From contig JAUZTB010000107.1 in the NCBI GenBank assembly GCA_034780895.1, forward strand, positions 63,378,413 to 63,442,412: a stretch of 64,000 bases of DNA, written 5' to 3'. This document shows, in pieces, positions 12,761 to 24,329 of the stretch. Within the stretch, counting starts at the first letter, position 1; each line of letters starts with the position of its first letter. Origin of the DNA: Rhynchobatus australiae. Its lineage: Eukaryota. A program made the translations under genes and the position numbers. The notes under the pieces were generated by a model. It saw nothing but the letters and a program-made list of their open reading frames with translations, searched no databases and was not told the origin of the DNA.

Positions 12761-14191
12761 ACATTTTGATCAAGGTTTGTGCTGGAAAATTGGTAATGGG
12801 GTGCTGGACATAAGTCTGTCGGTGTGTATTCAATCATTCATCACGAGAAAGGATTGGTTGTAATATAGGTTTGATAGAATTGGAATGTGATCTGTTGTCT
12901 GGAGATTTAAATCTCTTGAAGGAGTTCACGATCAGAGTGGTGGAAGTGTGGCGGCCAAGCATTCATGATTGTAAAAGGGGTAAGTGGCATGTACATACCC
13001 AATGCATATCACTGTATGCTGTCGCTATGATACAAGATCTTGCACATATTAATGTGTCAGGCACACTGAAGATCCAGAGCAAAAATTATGGACATTGTGT
13101 AACTTGTATGAAGAACCTAATTCTTTTCAATAATGGTTTATTTTTCATTGAAATTCTGTCGTTTAGTGCACAATAAACATTGGTGTTATGTGATCCAGTG
13201 TTTAAACGTGTATAAGAAACCATAAATATCTGCCGTACCCCCAGGTGTTGTCTCACCAAGAATATATATGATGGGGCAGATGTCCCACTGATCACAAAAT
13301 CACTGGCCATGTTACCTCTCACTTTATAACCCAGGAACAGTAAACTACTGTGCGGGTCCTTGGTGCAAATGGTCAGCCACACTGACAGAACCACCTTGAC
13401 AGCCAGTAAATCTCCACCTTTAGGTTCACAGTTGTGAAAGATGTCACTGTCATTGAATGTTCGGGTGTGTCTTTAATACGTGCAAATGTTCAAAGGCACT
13501 TGGGACCAGTTTTTTTTAATATCAAAATGTTAAAAACCAAAATAGATACTCACTTAAAGACAACTAAAATATTTAAACTAACATTTGAATCAAATAGGAA
13601 GCTTTCTTCCCCCTTTTACCCAGCAGGAGATTTCTCCCTTGGGTGATTTGGTGGGGAGAATTCCCAAGTGGAAAATTAGAAAACTGAGGAGGTTGATGTT
13701 ACTTTGTTGGACTCCATAGCGACTCCAGCATAAGAGCACAAGTACCTTGGAGTCAAAGGTTGCACCTTGGCCTGTTTGGGAATAGCCCACTTATGGGTAT
13801 TTCTTCTGGCTAATGTGGGCCAGAACGCATTGATCGCAGCAGGTTACCACACAAGCTGGCCCCTGAGCTGTTTAGCGGCACTGCAGCTGCTGAGCTCTTG
13901 TCGCCATTCTTGCTTCAACCCCTCTCCCAGTCAGAAGATCTTTTCATGGTGTCCAAACATCACCAATGATCAGAGAATTTCAAAATGTTTGACAACTTTA
14001 AATCATTTTTTTATTTTAAAGAATTAAAATGTTATTAATTAACAATACTTAGAACTTGAAATAAAGAAAAATAAAAGAATAAAAAGACATACGAATGAAA
14101 GACATACCTTCGAAATGTATGAAGACGAAAAGAAATTGAAAGAAAGAACTGAAACGTGCAGGGGTACGCAAGCAAGTGGTAGTTCCCTGTT

Positions 14192-14208
14192 GCGCCACCA
14201 GATGGCCA
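14192..14208 (-). promoter_or_regulatory. Candidate CTCF binding site in a locally CpG-rich patch
   Basis: Minus strand TGGCCATCTGGTGGCGC matches the CTCF core TGGCCASYAGRKGGCRS; many CpGs between 14090 and 14265. Confidence 0.65.
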
Positions 14209-14508
14209 CCGTAACTCGCAAGCGAAAATGGGTAATCGAGAGCGTAAGGGTAGCAGCGGTCGGGGTAGATTTTCATTCCTTAACTCCAACTGGTCACCCT
14301 GTATATGTGTGCAACTTTTTAANNNNNNNNNNNNNNNNNNNNNNNNNNNNNNNNNNNNNNNNNNNNNNNNNNNNNNNNNNNNNNNNNNNNNNNNNNNNNN
14401 NNNNNNNNNNNNNNNNNNNNNNNNNNNNNNNNNNNNNNNNNNNNNNNNNNNNNNNNNNNNNNNNNNNNNNNNNNNNNNNNNNNNNNNNNNNNNNNNNNNN
14501 NNNNNNNA

Positions 14509-14885
14509 ACATGGAAGTGTTTAAAATTATGAGAGGCACAGATACGGTGGATGGTAACAGTCTTTCCCCAGGGTAAGGAAGTCCAAAACTAGGGGGGCAT
14601 AGGTTTAGGGTGAGAAGGGAATGATTTAAAAGGGACTTGAGGGGCAGCTTTTTCACGCGGAGGGTGCTGAGTATATGGAACGAGTTGCCAGAGGAAGTGG
14701 TTGAGGCAGGTACAATAGTATAATTGAAGAAGCACTTGGATAGTACATGGAGGGGCGGTGCTTGGAGGGATATGGGCCGAATGCAGGAAATTGGGACTAG
14801 CTGCATGGGCACCTTGGTCAGCATGGACTGGTTGGGCCGAAGGGCCTGTATCCGTGCTGTATTGCTCTGTGACTCTGTGACTCTA
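14509..14885 (+). mobile_element. HER1/CR1 LINE 3' end
   Basis: MEVFKIMRGTDTVDG; tttttcacgcggagggtg...tggaacgagttgccagaggaagtgg; tail gggccgaagggcctgtatccgtgctgta...(gactctgt)n. Confidence 0.9.
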
Positions 14886-16302
14886 AACCTTTCTCATCAT
14901 GATGTGCCAGTTATTCCTTTTATATTCTCCCTGTTTCTTGTGACATTTCATCTATCTAAACTATACCTTATCTGCATCATGTTGTTTGAGGCATTGTCCT
15001 GAAAGAATTTTACTTTGCTTTCAGTTTAATGACGGGCAGATTTATTTTAACTCTGTAATCTCTGTGCTTGGCAAGGTGGCTCATGCAGATAAAACCACAG
15101 TTGTGATCCTCCATTTGGGCTTTAATGGACTTGTATCCCTTACATCCTCACAGCCAAGGGACAACAATGGAAGGAAGAAATAATGCAAAATATTCCTTGT
15201 TAAATGCTAGTTTTAATAATTTGCTGCTCTCTGATGATACTGTAACCATTGGACTGCAGAAAGAACTGAGTTTCAATAATACAAGCTAAAATTTAAGAAT
15301 TTTCAGATTCATTGCAAATTTTCAGGAGGTCGATGTGACTGGTCTCACTTCCCAACCACTGATGCTTGGAGAGCTTCAATCAGCATACCTGCTGTCCTCC
15401 TTATCTATTATTGCTTACAAACATAGCTCAACACCATCAGCCACAGGTTCACAAAATCTTATTTCCACAGTGTCTTCNNNNNNNNNNNNNNNNNNNNNNN
15501 NNNNNNNNNNNNNNNNNNNNNNNNNNNNNNNNNNNNNNNNNNNNNNNNNNNNNNNNNNNNNNNNNNNNNNNNNNNNNNNNNNNNNNNNNNNNNNNNNNNN
15601 NNNNNNNNNNNNNNNNNNNNNNNNNNNNNNNNNNNNNNNNNNNNNNNNNNNNNNNNNNNNNNNNNNNNNNNNNNNNNNNNNNNNNNNNNNNNNNNNNNNN
15701 NNNNNNNNNNNNNNNNNNNNNNNNNNNNNNNNNNNNNNNNNNNNNNNNNNNNNNNNNNNNNNNNNNNNNNNNNNNNNNNNNNNNNNNNNNNNNNNNNNNN
15801 NNNNNNNNNNNNNNNNNNNNNNNNNNNNNNNNNNNNNNNNNNNNNNNNNNNNNNNNNNNNNNNNNNNNNNNNNNNNNNNNNNNNNNNNNNNNNNNNNNNN
15901 NNNNNNNNNNNNNNNNNNNNNNNNNNNNNNNNNNNNNNNNNNCTTTCAAACACCAGTAGTTATCAGGAAATCACTGCTTCATAGGACATTGGAAGCAGAT
16001 TCAATCACTGATTTCGAAAAGGAACTGGGTAAGTACTTGAAAGGAAACAATGCTTTGCAGTGTTACAGGGAAATACCCAAGTAATGGAGCTACTTTGATT
16101 GTTCTTGCAACAAACCATCAATGACCTCCTTTGCTATGATGATTCTGTAACCATAAACCCGTTTCTAATCTGCCATCTGGATTTTTGGATGGTGCATGCA
16201 TATAGTAATTCCAACTGATTAAGCAAGAAAATAGTTATTCTTCTAAACCAGATCATAATTCTTTTTGGCCAACAGTTCTATAGGAGCCACCAGCCAATGT
16301 GT

Positions 16303-16435
16303 GTGGCACAGTGGCTCAGCAGGAAGAGATGCTGCCTTAAAGCTCCAGTGACACAGGCTTGATAATGACCTGCAGTCCTTTCCATGTGAAGTTAACGCAT
16401 TCTCTTTGTGATTATATGGTTTCCCTTAAGGTGTT
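16303..16435 (+). mobile_element. tRNA-derived HE1-like SINE head
   Basis: gtggcacagtggctcagcaggaagagatgctgcct...gctccagtgacacaggcttga (A/B-box remnants). Confidence 0.6.
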
Positions 16436-16754
16436 ATGTGCACAGTTCATGGCCTTCAACCCAGATTCATTTTTGTGTCTATTAAATTCAGGGGAGTTGT
16501 CTTTAGGAAATTGGATTAAAGCTGCTTAAGTGACAAAAAGCAATGTTTATGAGTCAATCTAAGTTGTTGTATCATGTGCTATAATGCCCAGGTAAACTTA
16601 ACCCAAAATATGAGTAAAGCATTTAGTGTCAAGGCCAATGCATCTTTGAATGATAGGGGCCAGTGGGAGGCCATTCAGTCCATTATCCCCTTCCCAGCTC
16701 TTTAAAAGATCAATTCGATTACTCCCTTATTGCATCTGAAATAGTTGCATTCAG

Positions 16755-17170
16755 CAACAGCAATTTGCATTTGTATAATTCTCTTGTATGTTGAATACCC
16801 TAAGGCACTTAACACGAATGTTAGCAAATGCAATGACCTAATTACCTAAAGAGATAATGGGACAGCTGACCAAAGCATTGGGCAAAGAGGCAGCATGTTG
16901 GAGAGCACCTTAAAGAGAGGAGAGAACTGGAGAAGTTTAGGGAGAGAGTCTGTCCTTAACAGTTGAGGGCCATTCTGCTGATGATAGGACAGTTCAATCT
17001 GGTGTGTTGAGAAGCCCAGAACTGGAGGACAGCACATATCCGCAGTGAGTTGTTTGAGCTGGATAGGGTTACAAATGATGGGGAGAGATGAAACCAAAGA
17101 AACAAGGATGACAATTTTTAAATTGTTGTGTTGCTGAGCCAGACATCAATAAAACTTAGTGAGCACAGGA
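16755..17170 (-). mobile_element. L2 LINE 3' fragment
   Basis: caacagcaatttgcatttgtata...ggagcaccttaaagagagg...gtttagggagagagt...ttttaaattg. Confidence 0.6.
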
Positions 17171-17399
17171 GTGAAAGATCGATATAGGTAATGCTAAGGT
17201 AATGAAATATTGAAGGCAAGAGTCTAAGCAGGATTGTGCAGTGTGGCCAAAGCCCATATATTCAAGCATTCATCCGTTTCCCTTTTGAAAGGTACTTTGA
17301 ATCTGATTCGACTCTTTCCAGCAGTCCATTCAGGATATCGAGAAAGGAAAATCTTCCTTCTGTTTCCTTTGCTGGCAGTTTGGTGAAAGCAGCCAGATA

Positions 17400-18390
17400 T
17401 TGGAGGAGATGCAGAAGTGTAAATTGATCAGGAAAGAACGATCAGGAATGATAAAAGTTATTCATGTCCCTCAGAAGTTTGCTTCTGTTGGTACCAGAAT
17501 GGAGTTGAACTTTAGATGTCAGAGTGAATAGAAATTTCATTATTCTGAATGCACAAAGAAAGAGGCCAGGGCACCCAAATCTAAAGCCCCACAGAAAGCA
17601 AGAAGCACACAGGAAGGATGAGATATTAAAGAGATACTTGCAGTAGCTACATGGAGCTTAATACTGTGGAGCCTGGAGATACAGAGAGAGAGCGAGCACA
17701 GGAGTAAAAATTAGAAAGGAAATTAGGAAAGCAAAGAAGGGCATGAAAAATACTGACAAGTCAAATGAATGAAAACCCAATAATTCTTTTATAACTGCAT
17801 AAAGAACAAATGAATTGCAAAGGAAATAATTTGACCTTTGATGGAGCATAAGGTAATCATAATGGTGACGTTATTACCAATATTTTGACTCTGTCTTCCT
17901 CCTGAATTAAGTACCCGCATGGTCCCCATCTTTTCTAAAAGGTGTAAACATAAAGAGCTAATATTAAAATGTTCCACACTTTTGAAAGTGGATAAATTGC
18001 AGGATAAAATGTTTCCTGAGGCTGTGAAGAGTAGCAAGGAAACAAATAGTCTGGGCTCTGGCTATCATTGTACGATCCACTGTGATTACAGGCGTGGTTT
18101 GTCAATCTGCTTCTGTTTTTAAAAAGGAAGGAAAGGATGGACCATGTAACAACAGGCCAATTGTCCTTGTATCATTCGTGAACAGAGCAATGGAAAGAAA
18201 GATCAAAGATCAAAGCCATCATTTGGAAAGGCACAGAACAATTAAGGGTAGTCAGCATGGATTTGTTAAGAGGAGGTTATATCTGACTAACATGATTGAA
18301 TTTTTTGAGCAGTTAGCAGGTGGGCGGGTGAGCATAGTCTCATATAGTTTTGCATAGGCTTCAGCAAGGCTTTTGATAAGGTCCCATGTG
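17400..18390 (+). mobile_element. Decayed CR1 LINE ORF2 fragment
   Basis: VFKKEGKDGPCNNRPIVLVSFV...IKGSQHGFVKRRLYLTNMIEFFE. Confidence 0.8.
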
Positions 18391-18599
18391 GCAAAATGCT
18401 TGGCAATGCCTAAGCCAATGTGAGACTTGATTCTTGGCCCAGCTACTCCCCAATTTTTCACGTTCTCCATCTTCTTTTTAAATTGAACAAATTATGAAGG
18501 TATGAGGGGTGAATTTCCTGTGGGGATTACTAAATAAATTTCTAACCATAGGCAACCAACAGTTAACATATAAAGATTTAACACATGGTTTATGACAAA

Positions 18600-19235
18600 T
18601 ATATACCACCTTTAGGAGACTAAAATCAAACATGAGTGCATTCCAACTGTGGCTAACAGGAGAATGATATTATTAGATCGAAGGAAAAGGCTTGTAACAC
18701 TTCTAGAAAGAGCAGACAGCCTGAGGATTGGGAAAAATTCAGAATTTGGCAAAGGAAGACCGCCAAAACATTATAGTGTGTGTGCGCAATATATGAGAAA
18801 AGATAAAGATTAACAAAAGTTAATGTGGGTCCCTTGCAGACTGAAACGGGAGAAATTGTATTGCAGAATAAAGAAATAGTACCAAAGTTAAACAAATATT
18901 TTGTCTGTCTTAATAAATGAGGTTACATAAGTGTCTCAGAACTCACAGAGAATAACAGGTCTCAAGAGAATGAGAGACTGAAAGAACTAAACATTAGTAA
19001 AAAGCAAAATTCCTATTACAGAAATTAATAGGACTGAAAGTTAATAATTCCGCTGAGTCAGTTGACCAGCATCCTAAAGTTTTGAAAGAGACAGGTTTGG
19101 AGGTAGTGGGTTTACTGATTGTCATCTTCCAAAGTTCCATAGATTCAAGAAAAATTACAACAAACTGGAAGGTAGAAAGCGTAACCCTACTACTTTAAGA
19201 AAGGAATGAATGAAGATAAAATAGAGAACTGTGGA
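18600..19235 (+). mobile_element. Decayed CR1 LINE ORF2 fragment
   Basis: cctgaggattgggaaaaattcagaatt...aatgtgggtcccttgcagactgaaacgggagaa...aactggaaggtagaaagcgtaaccctac. Confidence 0.7.
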
Positions 19236-19519
19236 TCTCGAAAATAGAAAATGCTGGAAATACTCAGCAGACCAGGCAGTATCTGTCGAGAGCAAAACTG
19301 AGTTAATGCATCAGAATGACTTTTCATCAGAACTGGCCAGTTCTGGTACTTAACTGGCCCATGTTCATGACCTCTGACTCCGGCTGCACATCTGGCCCAC
19401 GTTCTCAGGAATCAGCCGAGCTGTACATTTGCTCACAATCCCACCAGTATCCTTTTGGCAAGGTCCACCCATGCTGAGGAGGGAGGTTTAAAGTAACTTA
19501 GTAGGGGATTAAAGTCATG

Positions 19520-20240
19520 ACTGATCTCCTGCAGCTTCATTTTACTGCCTTTTTTCAGTATCCCTTTATTCCTAAATATTAGTAGTCTTTCAATGTCTGT
19601 TTTGAATGATTCAGTGACTGCATCTGGGCAGCCCACCCCAATGGAGAATTTCAAAGATTTCTGAGTGAAGACATTTCTTTTCAACTCAGACCAAAATAAT
19701 CTCCCTCTTATTCTGAAACTGTGACCCTGGTTCTAGACTCTTGGCCAGGGCAAACATCCTCCCTGCATCCAGTCTGTTGTGCCCTTGAAAATGTTGTAGG
19801 TTTTATTAAGATGACCTTTTCATTCTTCTAAACTCCAAAGAACAAAGGCCGAGCCTGCTCAATGTCTCTTAAACCCACCATCTCAGGAGCCAATCTTCAT
19901 TGTGATTCTTCATTGCACTCACTCAGTGGCAAGTATGTCTTATTTTTTAAGGTAAGGAGAGCAAAAATGCACCCTGTACTCTGTGTGGTCTCACCAAAGC
20001 CCTATATAATTTCAGTAAGATATTTTAATCCTAGATTCAAATCTTCTCATAATAAAAGCCAACATTCCATTTGCCTTCCTAATTGCTAGCTGCGCCTACA
20101 TATTAACTCTCAATGAGTTGTGTCTAAGAACACCCAAATCCCGATGAACATCAACATTTCCCAATCTGTCAGCATTTAAAAATTACTCTGCTTGTCTGTT
20201 TTGTGCGCTAAAGTGGATGGCCATGCACATTTTTCCACAC
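19520..20240 (-). mobile_element. CR1/HER1 LINE 3' region
   Basis: Minus ORF MKRNVFTQK...; aacattccatttgccttcctaattgct (MLAF antisense). Confidence 0.75.
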
Positions 20241-22100
20241 AATATGTGTGAATTTGTTTGACAGGATTTGCATCCAACCTGTTTTTACATCCTTTTAAAA
20301 TTTCCCTCACATCTTCCAAAACGATTTCTTGTTAGGAGTGGGAGACATATAAACATATTCAATATTTGAAGCCAGATTCACAATTGTGAAATATTTGATT
20401 GCTTTACCTGAATTGGCAACAATAGGAGCAGCACAGATCTAAGCAAAGCAAATACATTACATGCCTCAACAGAAAATACACAGTCACAGCCTGAGCATTT
20501 AACTGTTATCCTTTAAGAATGCAGCTTCAGTGAAACTTGTAGGGAACAGTAACCTCATTATTTGTGCTCAATGCAAGGCAGGAGTGAAGAGATGTGATTG
20601 TACCTTGTAAAAGGCTGGGGGTGTCAATAGGATCAAACATGATAGGCAAAAGAAATTTCATTTTACAGCAATGTAATTTATAAGTAATGAGCTACTCTTG
20701 AATTGAACTTTTGCATGTGGGAACTTTAATGGCCAATTTGTACACATCAAGTGATCTCAGAGAGAAATGTAATGATGACCAAACAATGTACTTTCAGTGA
20801 TATTTACATATTGGTCAGATCACAGGGGGAGAACTCCCTTCCTCTTTGAATGGATCCATGAGATTCTTGCAACCATCTGAGAGAGGAAACAGCTCTACTG
20901 ATTATGTAACAATTCCTCAATGCTGGATTTTATGTCAAGTCCCTGGAATGGAAATTGAACCTGCAATCTTTTGGCTTTGGAACACTGATATTACTAGGAA
21001 GGATAAGAATGACCGGTGAGGTTTCTCAGCTCATTAAGGTTCATCCCTTCAGATTCTAACCCTCTTGGTTTAACATTTCCTTTGTATCGTGTCTGGCAAA
21101 CCCCTCCAAGTATATCCCTCCCTTTCCTTGATATGACTATTTAACTTACTTTGCACCAACTTACTTCATGCTCTCTGGTCCTAATTTGCTCAAGCTTTGA
21201 AAAAAGCATCAAGATTATTCCTCTCTGCACAAGCTAATTGTCCCTCTGCTTCCTCCCTCCCACCCCCTTCCTGCCACCTTTCTTCTCGACTGTAGATTTT
21301 CTAATTTTATTGCTCACTTTCTTAACAATTAGCCTTCCATCTCTTCCCCGCAAGNNNNNNNNNNNNNNNNNNNNNNNNNNNNNNNNNTAAGCGGGGAGAG
21401 AGGAAAATAAAAGTAGCAGTGACAGCCAACAAACAAGAATTCTGACATATAAAGCTTTTGCATAGCCTCCAAAGAATTGTTCTGTCCTGTTATTGCTATA
21501 TAATTGCAGCAGTCTGCTTTTGCTGCCCCACCATGTTATTCAGACATTGAAATTAATGAGCCAGCAGCCTTTGGCAATTTGATTCCCTTTGTTGTTTATT
21601 TATAATCATGATTNNNNNNNNNNNNNNNNNNNNNNNNNNNNNNNNNNNNNNNNNNNNNNNNNNNNNNNNNNNNNNNNNNNNNNNNNNNNNNNNNNNNNNN
21701 NNNNNNNNNNNNNNNNNNNNNNNNNNNNNNNNNNNNNNNNNNNNNNNNNNNNNNNNNNNNNNNCAAATAAATGGGAAAAAGGTTAAAAAAAAAAGTTTTT
21801 ACCAACACTCAGTTACATTTTCCAGTTCAAGCCATTAGTAAGCCATTTACCTCTTTCACCTGTCCCATCTGGAGTCATTGCTTTGTGACTTCTGACCAGG
21901 ACACAACCCAGATGATAATCTGATAAAAGAAGCCTTGAGGTTTGATCCAGCTGTCGCTAGCTGTTTCAGCAGTCTACCTCTCCATCACTGGCAGCCTTAA
22001 TGGAGCTAGTTCCCTCATTGCTTCACACCCAACTCTGCAGTTGTACCCCCTACCCCCCCGCTAATCTCAATGTTTTTTCCAGTTTATTTAGGTGCATTAA

Positions 22101-22460
22101 CAACAAGCTGCTAGAGGAACTCAGCAGGCCAGCATCCGTGGAGAAAAGCAGATGGTGAATATTTTGGTCAGGACCCTTGTTCAGGACTGAAGATGGGAAA
22201 AGGGGAATCCCAAAATATAGGGGAGAAAAACAGAGCAGGTGGGCAAAAGAGGGGAGGCGTGGTGGGAACAAGGTGGTGATAGGTAGATGCAGGTAAGAGA
22301 TAGTGATAGGCAGAGGACAGGAGAGTAGATCCACCAGGTGAACGGTCAAAAGTAAGGAGGCAGATGCCCCATGGCGGGAGGGGAGGAAAAGAAAAGAAAT
22401 AAATGAGGAGAAAAAAGAGAGAGGCTAGGAAATGGAAGAAAAGAAAGAGGCATGGTAGAG
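22101..22460 (-). mobile_element. Penelope-like element terminal fragment
   Basis: aagctgctagaggaactcagcaggcc..gcatccgtggagaaaagcagatggt...gggtcaggaccct-like...caggactgaagatggg followed by a purine-rich tract. Confidence 0.7.
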
Positions 22461-23368
22461 TATAGCACAGGTATTAAAGGCACTATCACAATACTATCCA
22501 AATTGTTCTAGAATTGTAAGATGATCACCATCAGCAGTTAACCTCCAGCCTCTCCAGGACACTCACATCCACCATAACATTAGCTGATTATTTATCTAAT
22601 TTGAACAAATTTCTCCTAACTATTTTAGTGCCATTTTTATGCATGACAGTATATTCAGGATATGTTCTTGGTAGTCCACAGCTCAATGTAATCCATCCAC
22701 AGGTACCTATCAGAGTGTGGGAGTGCATGTGTGAGATGTTTTTCTTGTTTTCACCCACTATCATGTATCCTGATTAATTAATGGTATCTTTCTCATATTT
22801 ATACCTGGTTGTTTACTTCAACCCACAATCGCCATTATTAGTGATGTTATGTAAGGTGGTGACTACAAGGACATCCATTGCAGACACAGCTGTCAGCAGT
22901 GAAGTGTTGAATATATTCAATGGAAAAGGTAGGCATTGAGTTTATAGATGATGTAATTATCTGCCAAACAGAAACTGTGTGATTGCAGGCACCGTGACAC
23001 AGCTTGGCAAAGTGTGTTCATGTAGAATAATAGGTAGCTGGGAGTAAGTTTAAAAATAAAGCAGCTGTAATCCATTTGAGGGGTGTGGAAAGTCTTCTGA
23101 TCCTAAAGTAAAGCTTGAGTGGCTTCCAAATGTGATTTGGACCTTACCATCATGTTACAGATATTAAATTGCTCTTGAGTATTTGTCTTTATTTTAAAAA
23201 ATAAGATTACTCTTTCATGCAATTTATTTATTGCATGGAACAATTGAACAACTCAATAAGATCACTTTATAAAATATTTCCTTTTTAGTGTTATTTATAT
23301 TTTGAAGAAAATGAATCTCTTTGTTTCACTCTTCTGTTTTGAGGAGAAAATGGATGAGGGTGAACATG

Positions 23369-24175
23369 TTATATTTTCATCAAAGCCCTGAATATGTTCC
23401 TCCCGAGGATCAGGTTATTCTCTTTACCCCAGTATCTAATCCAATGCATTGGACTTTTGGAATCTGGTTTGGAAAGCATGGTCCTGGCTCTGGGATCACA
23501 ATACTCCTCATCCTTCTTAGCATCTCTGTAACATTTAACATCTTCAAGCACACCATCATTCTCCAACGTTGCCGACTTCAATGGAAATGGCCTCATTTCA
23601 GTTTATACAAATCTATCAAATCCTAGTCAGAGTGTATCCAGCAATGGTTTCTGTTCTTATCACTGAATCATTAATTTTGGAATTCCCCCACCCCCTGCAT
23701 AATCGACCCATGTTTAATGAGCACAAGAAAAAGGCCGCGAGGAGAGGTGGTTTTCCGTTGTTGTCTTCAGCGTATGATTAAATCCATCCTGTCTCTTTGA
23801 ATACTGCCTGAATGAGATGGGATTTGCTACCCCTTCCTCTTGTGAATCCTACCCCATTCGTGCAGTATTCAAAGAGACAGGATGGACGTAATTATACGCT
23901 GAAGATAACAACTGAAAACTATCTCTCCTCGCGGCCTTCCTTTAGTGCTCACTGAACAGCTTGTCCACCAGTGCAGAATGAGCCAGGTTTTCCTTTATTA
24001 AATATTCCATTTCCTTTCCCAGTCCTGACCACCACCTCGCATTGTACCAAACCATTCACAATGTTGGCAGTCTGTTTGACCACAGACTAAACTTCCTGAG
24101 CTGTACACTTTCCAACAAAAAGACTGCCTACTTTAATATTTGAGCACCTCCTCACCATCTCAGGTGCGTGGAAAC
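23369..24175 (-). pseudogene. Putative endogenous viral element: decayed hantavirid (bunyavirus)-like nucleocapsid N fragment
   Basis: One minus frame gives EMVRRCSNIKVGSL...KQTANIVNGLV (24063-24074)...[inverted insert]...FTRGR (23832-23843)...FKETGWI*SYAEDNNG (23754-23768)...NMGRL; after a 1-nt shift, LGFDRFV*TEMRPFPL...SKSPMHWIRYWG. This is colinear with recalled Hantaan N motifs DHLKERSMLSYGNV, GQTADW, TTRGR, FKDDSSFEDVNG, TPGRY, IGFLAL, ESPSSIW. By-eye alignment only. Confidence 0.6.
23711..23958. repeat. Ungapped 117-bp inverted repeat with a 14-nt loop (long hairpin)
   Basis: 23711-23827 pairs with 23842-23958; 97/117 Watson-Crick, plus 10 G-U pairs on a + strand transcript; perfect 25-bp core tccatcctgtctctttgaatactgc. 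Confidence 0.97.
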
Positions 24176-24329
24176 ACAATAAGGACTTGTGTAATCCTGA
24201 TTAGGAGGTGTGGAAGGATTGGTGTGGAAGGGACAGGGTTGGTGGGGTTTCAGAGAGCTGACTACATGTACCAAGTCCTCTGTGTACCCTTATACTGCTA
24301 AACCGAACCACTAGGAAAATGAGACAGAA

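Noticed and set aside
13086-13394. 102-aa minus ORF in unique-looking sequence
   Set aside because: No recognisable motifs in the frames I read and no clear splice signals.
19328-19347. Perfect palindrome cagaactggccagttctg
   Set aside because: Short and located at a junction of Penelope-terminus fragments; explained by that repeat.
23321-23626. Plus-strand 101-aa ORF with a hydrophobic stretch
   Set aside because: Antisense shadow of the virus-like frame; no recognisable family or splice context.
23400-23640. Alternative alignment of ...EMR...WGKE to the extreme C-terminus of hantavirus N (DMR...WGKE)
   Set aside because: Attractive by eye, but needs a deletion of about 100 aa relative to the upstream TRGR/EDxNG anchors. 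The colinear alignment is preferred. The ambiguity shows why an HMM test is needed.
23800-23850. GRGSKSHLIQAV read as a Walker A motif of a Helitron or viral helicase
   Set aside because: Lacks the GK dipeptide and has no Walker B downstream; surrounding motifs fit hantavirid N better.
23711-23958. Hairpin as an ambisense intergenic terminator or a parvovirus terminal repeat
   Set aside because: The N-like frame runs through and away from the hairpin rather than converging on it, and no Rep/NS1 motifs are seen.
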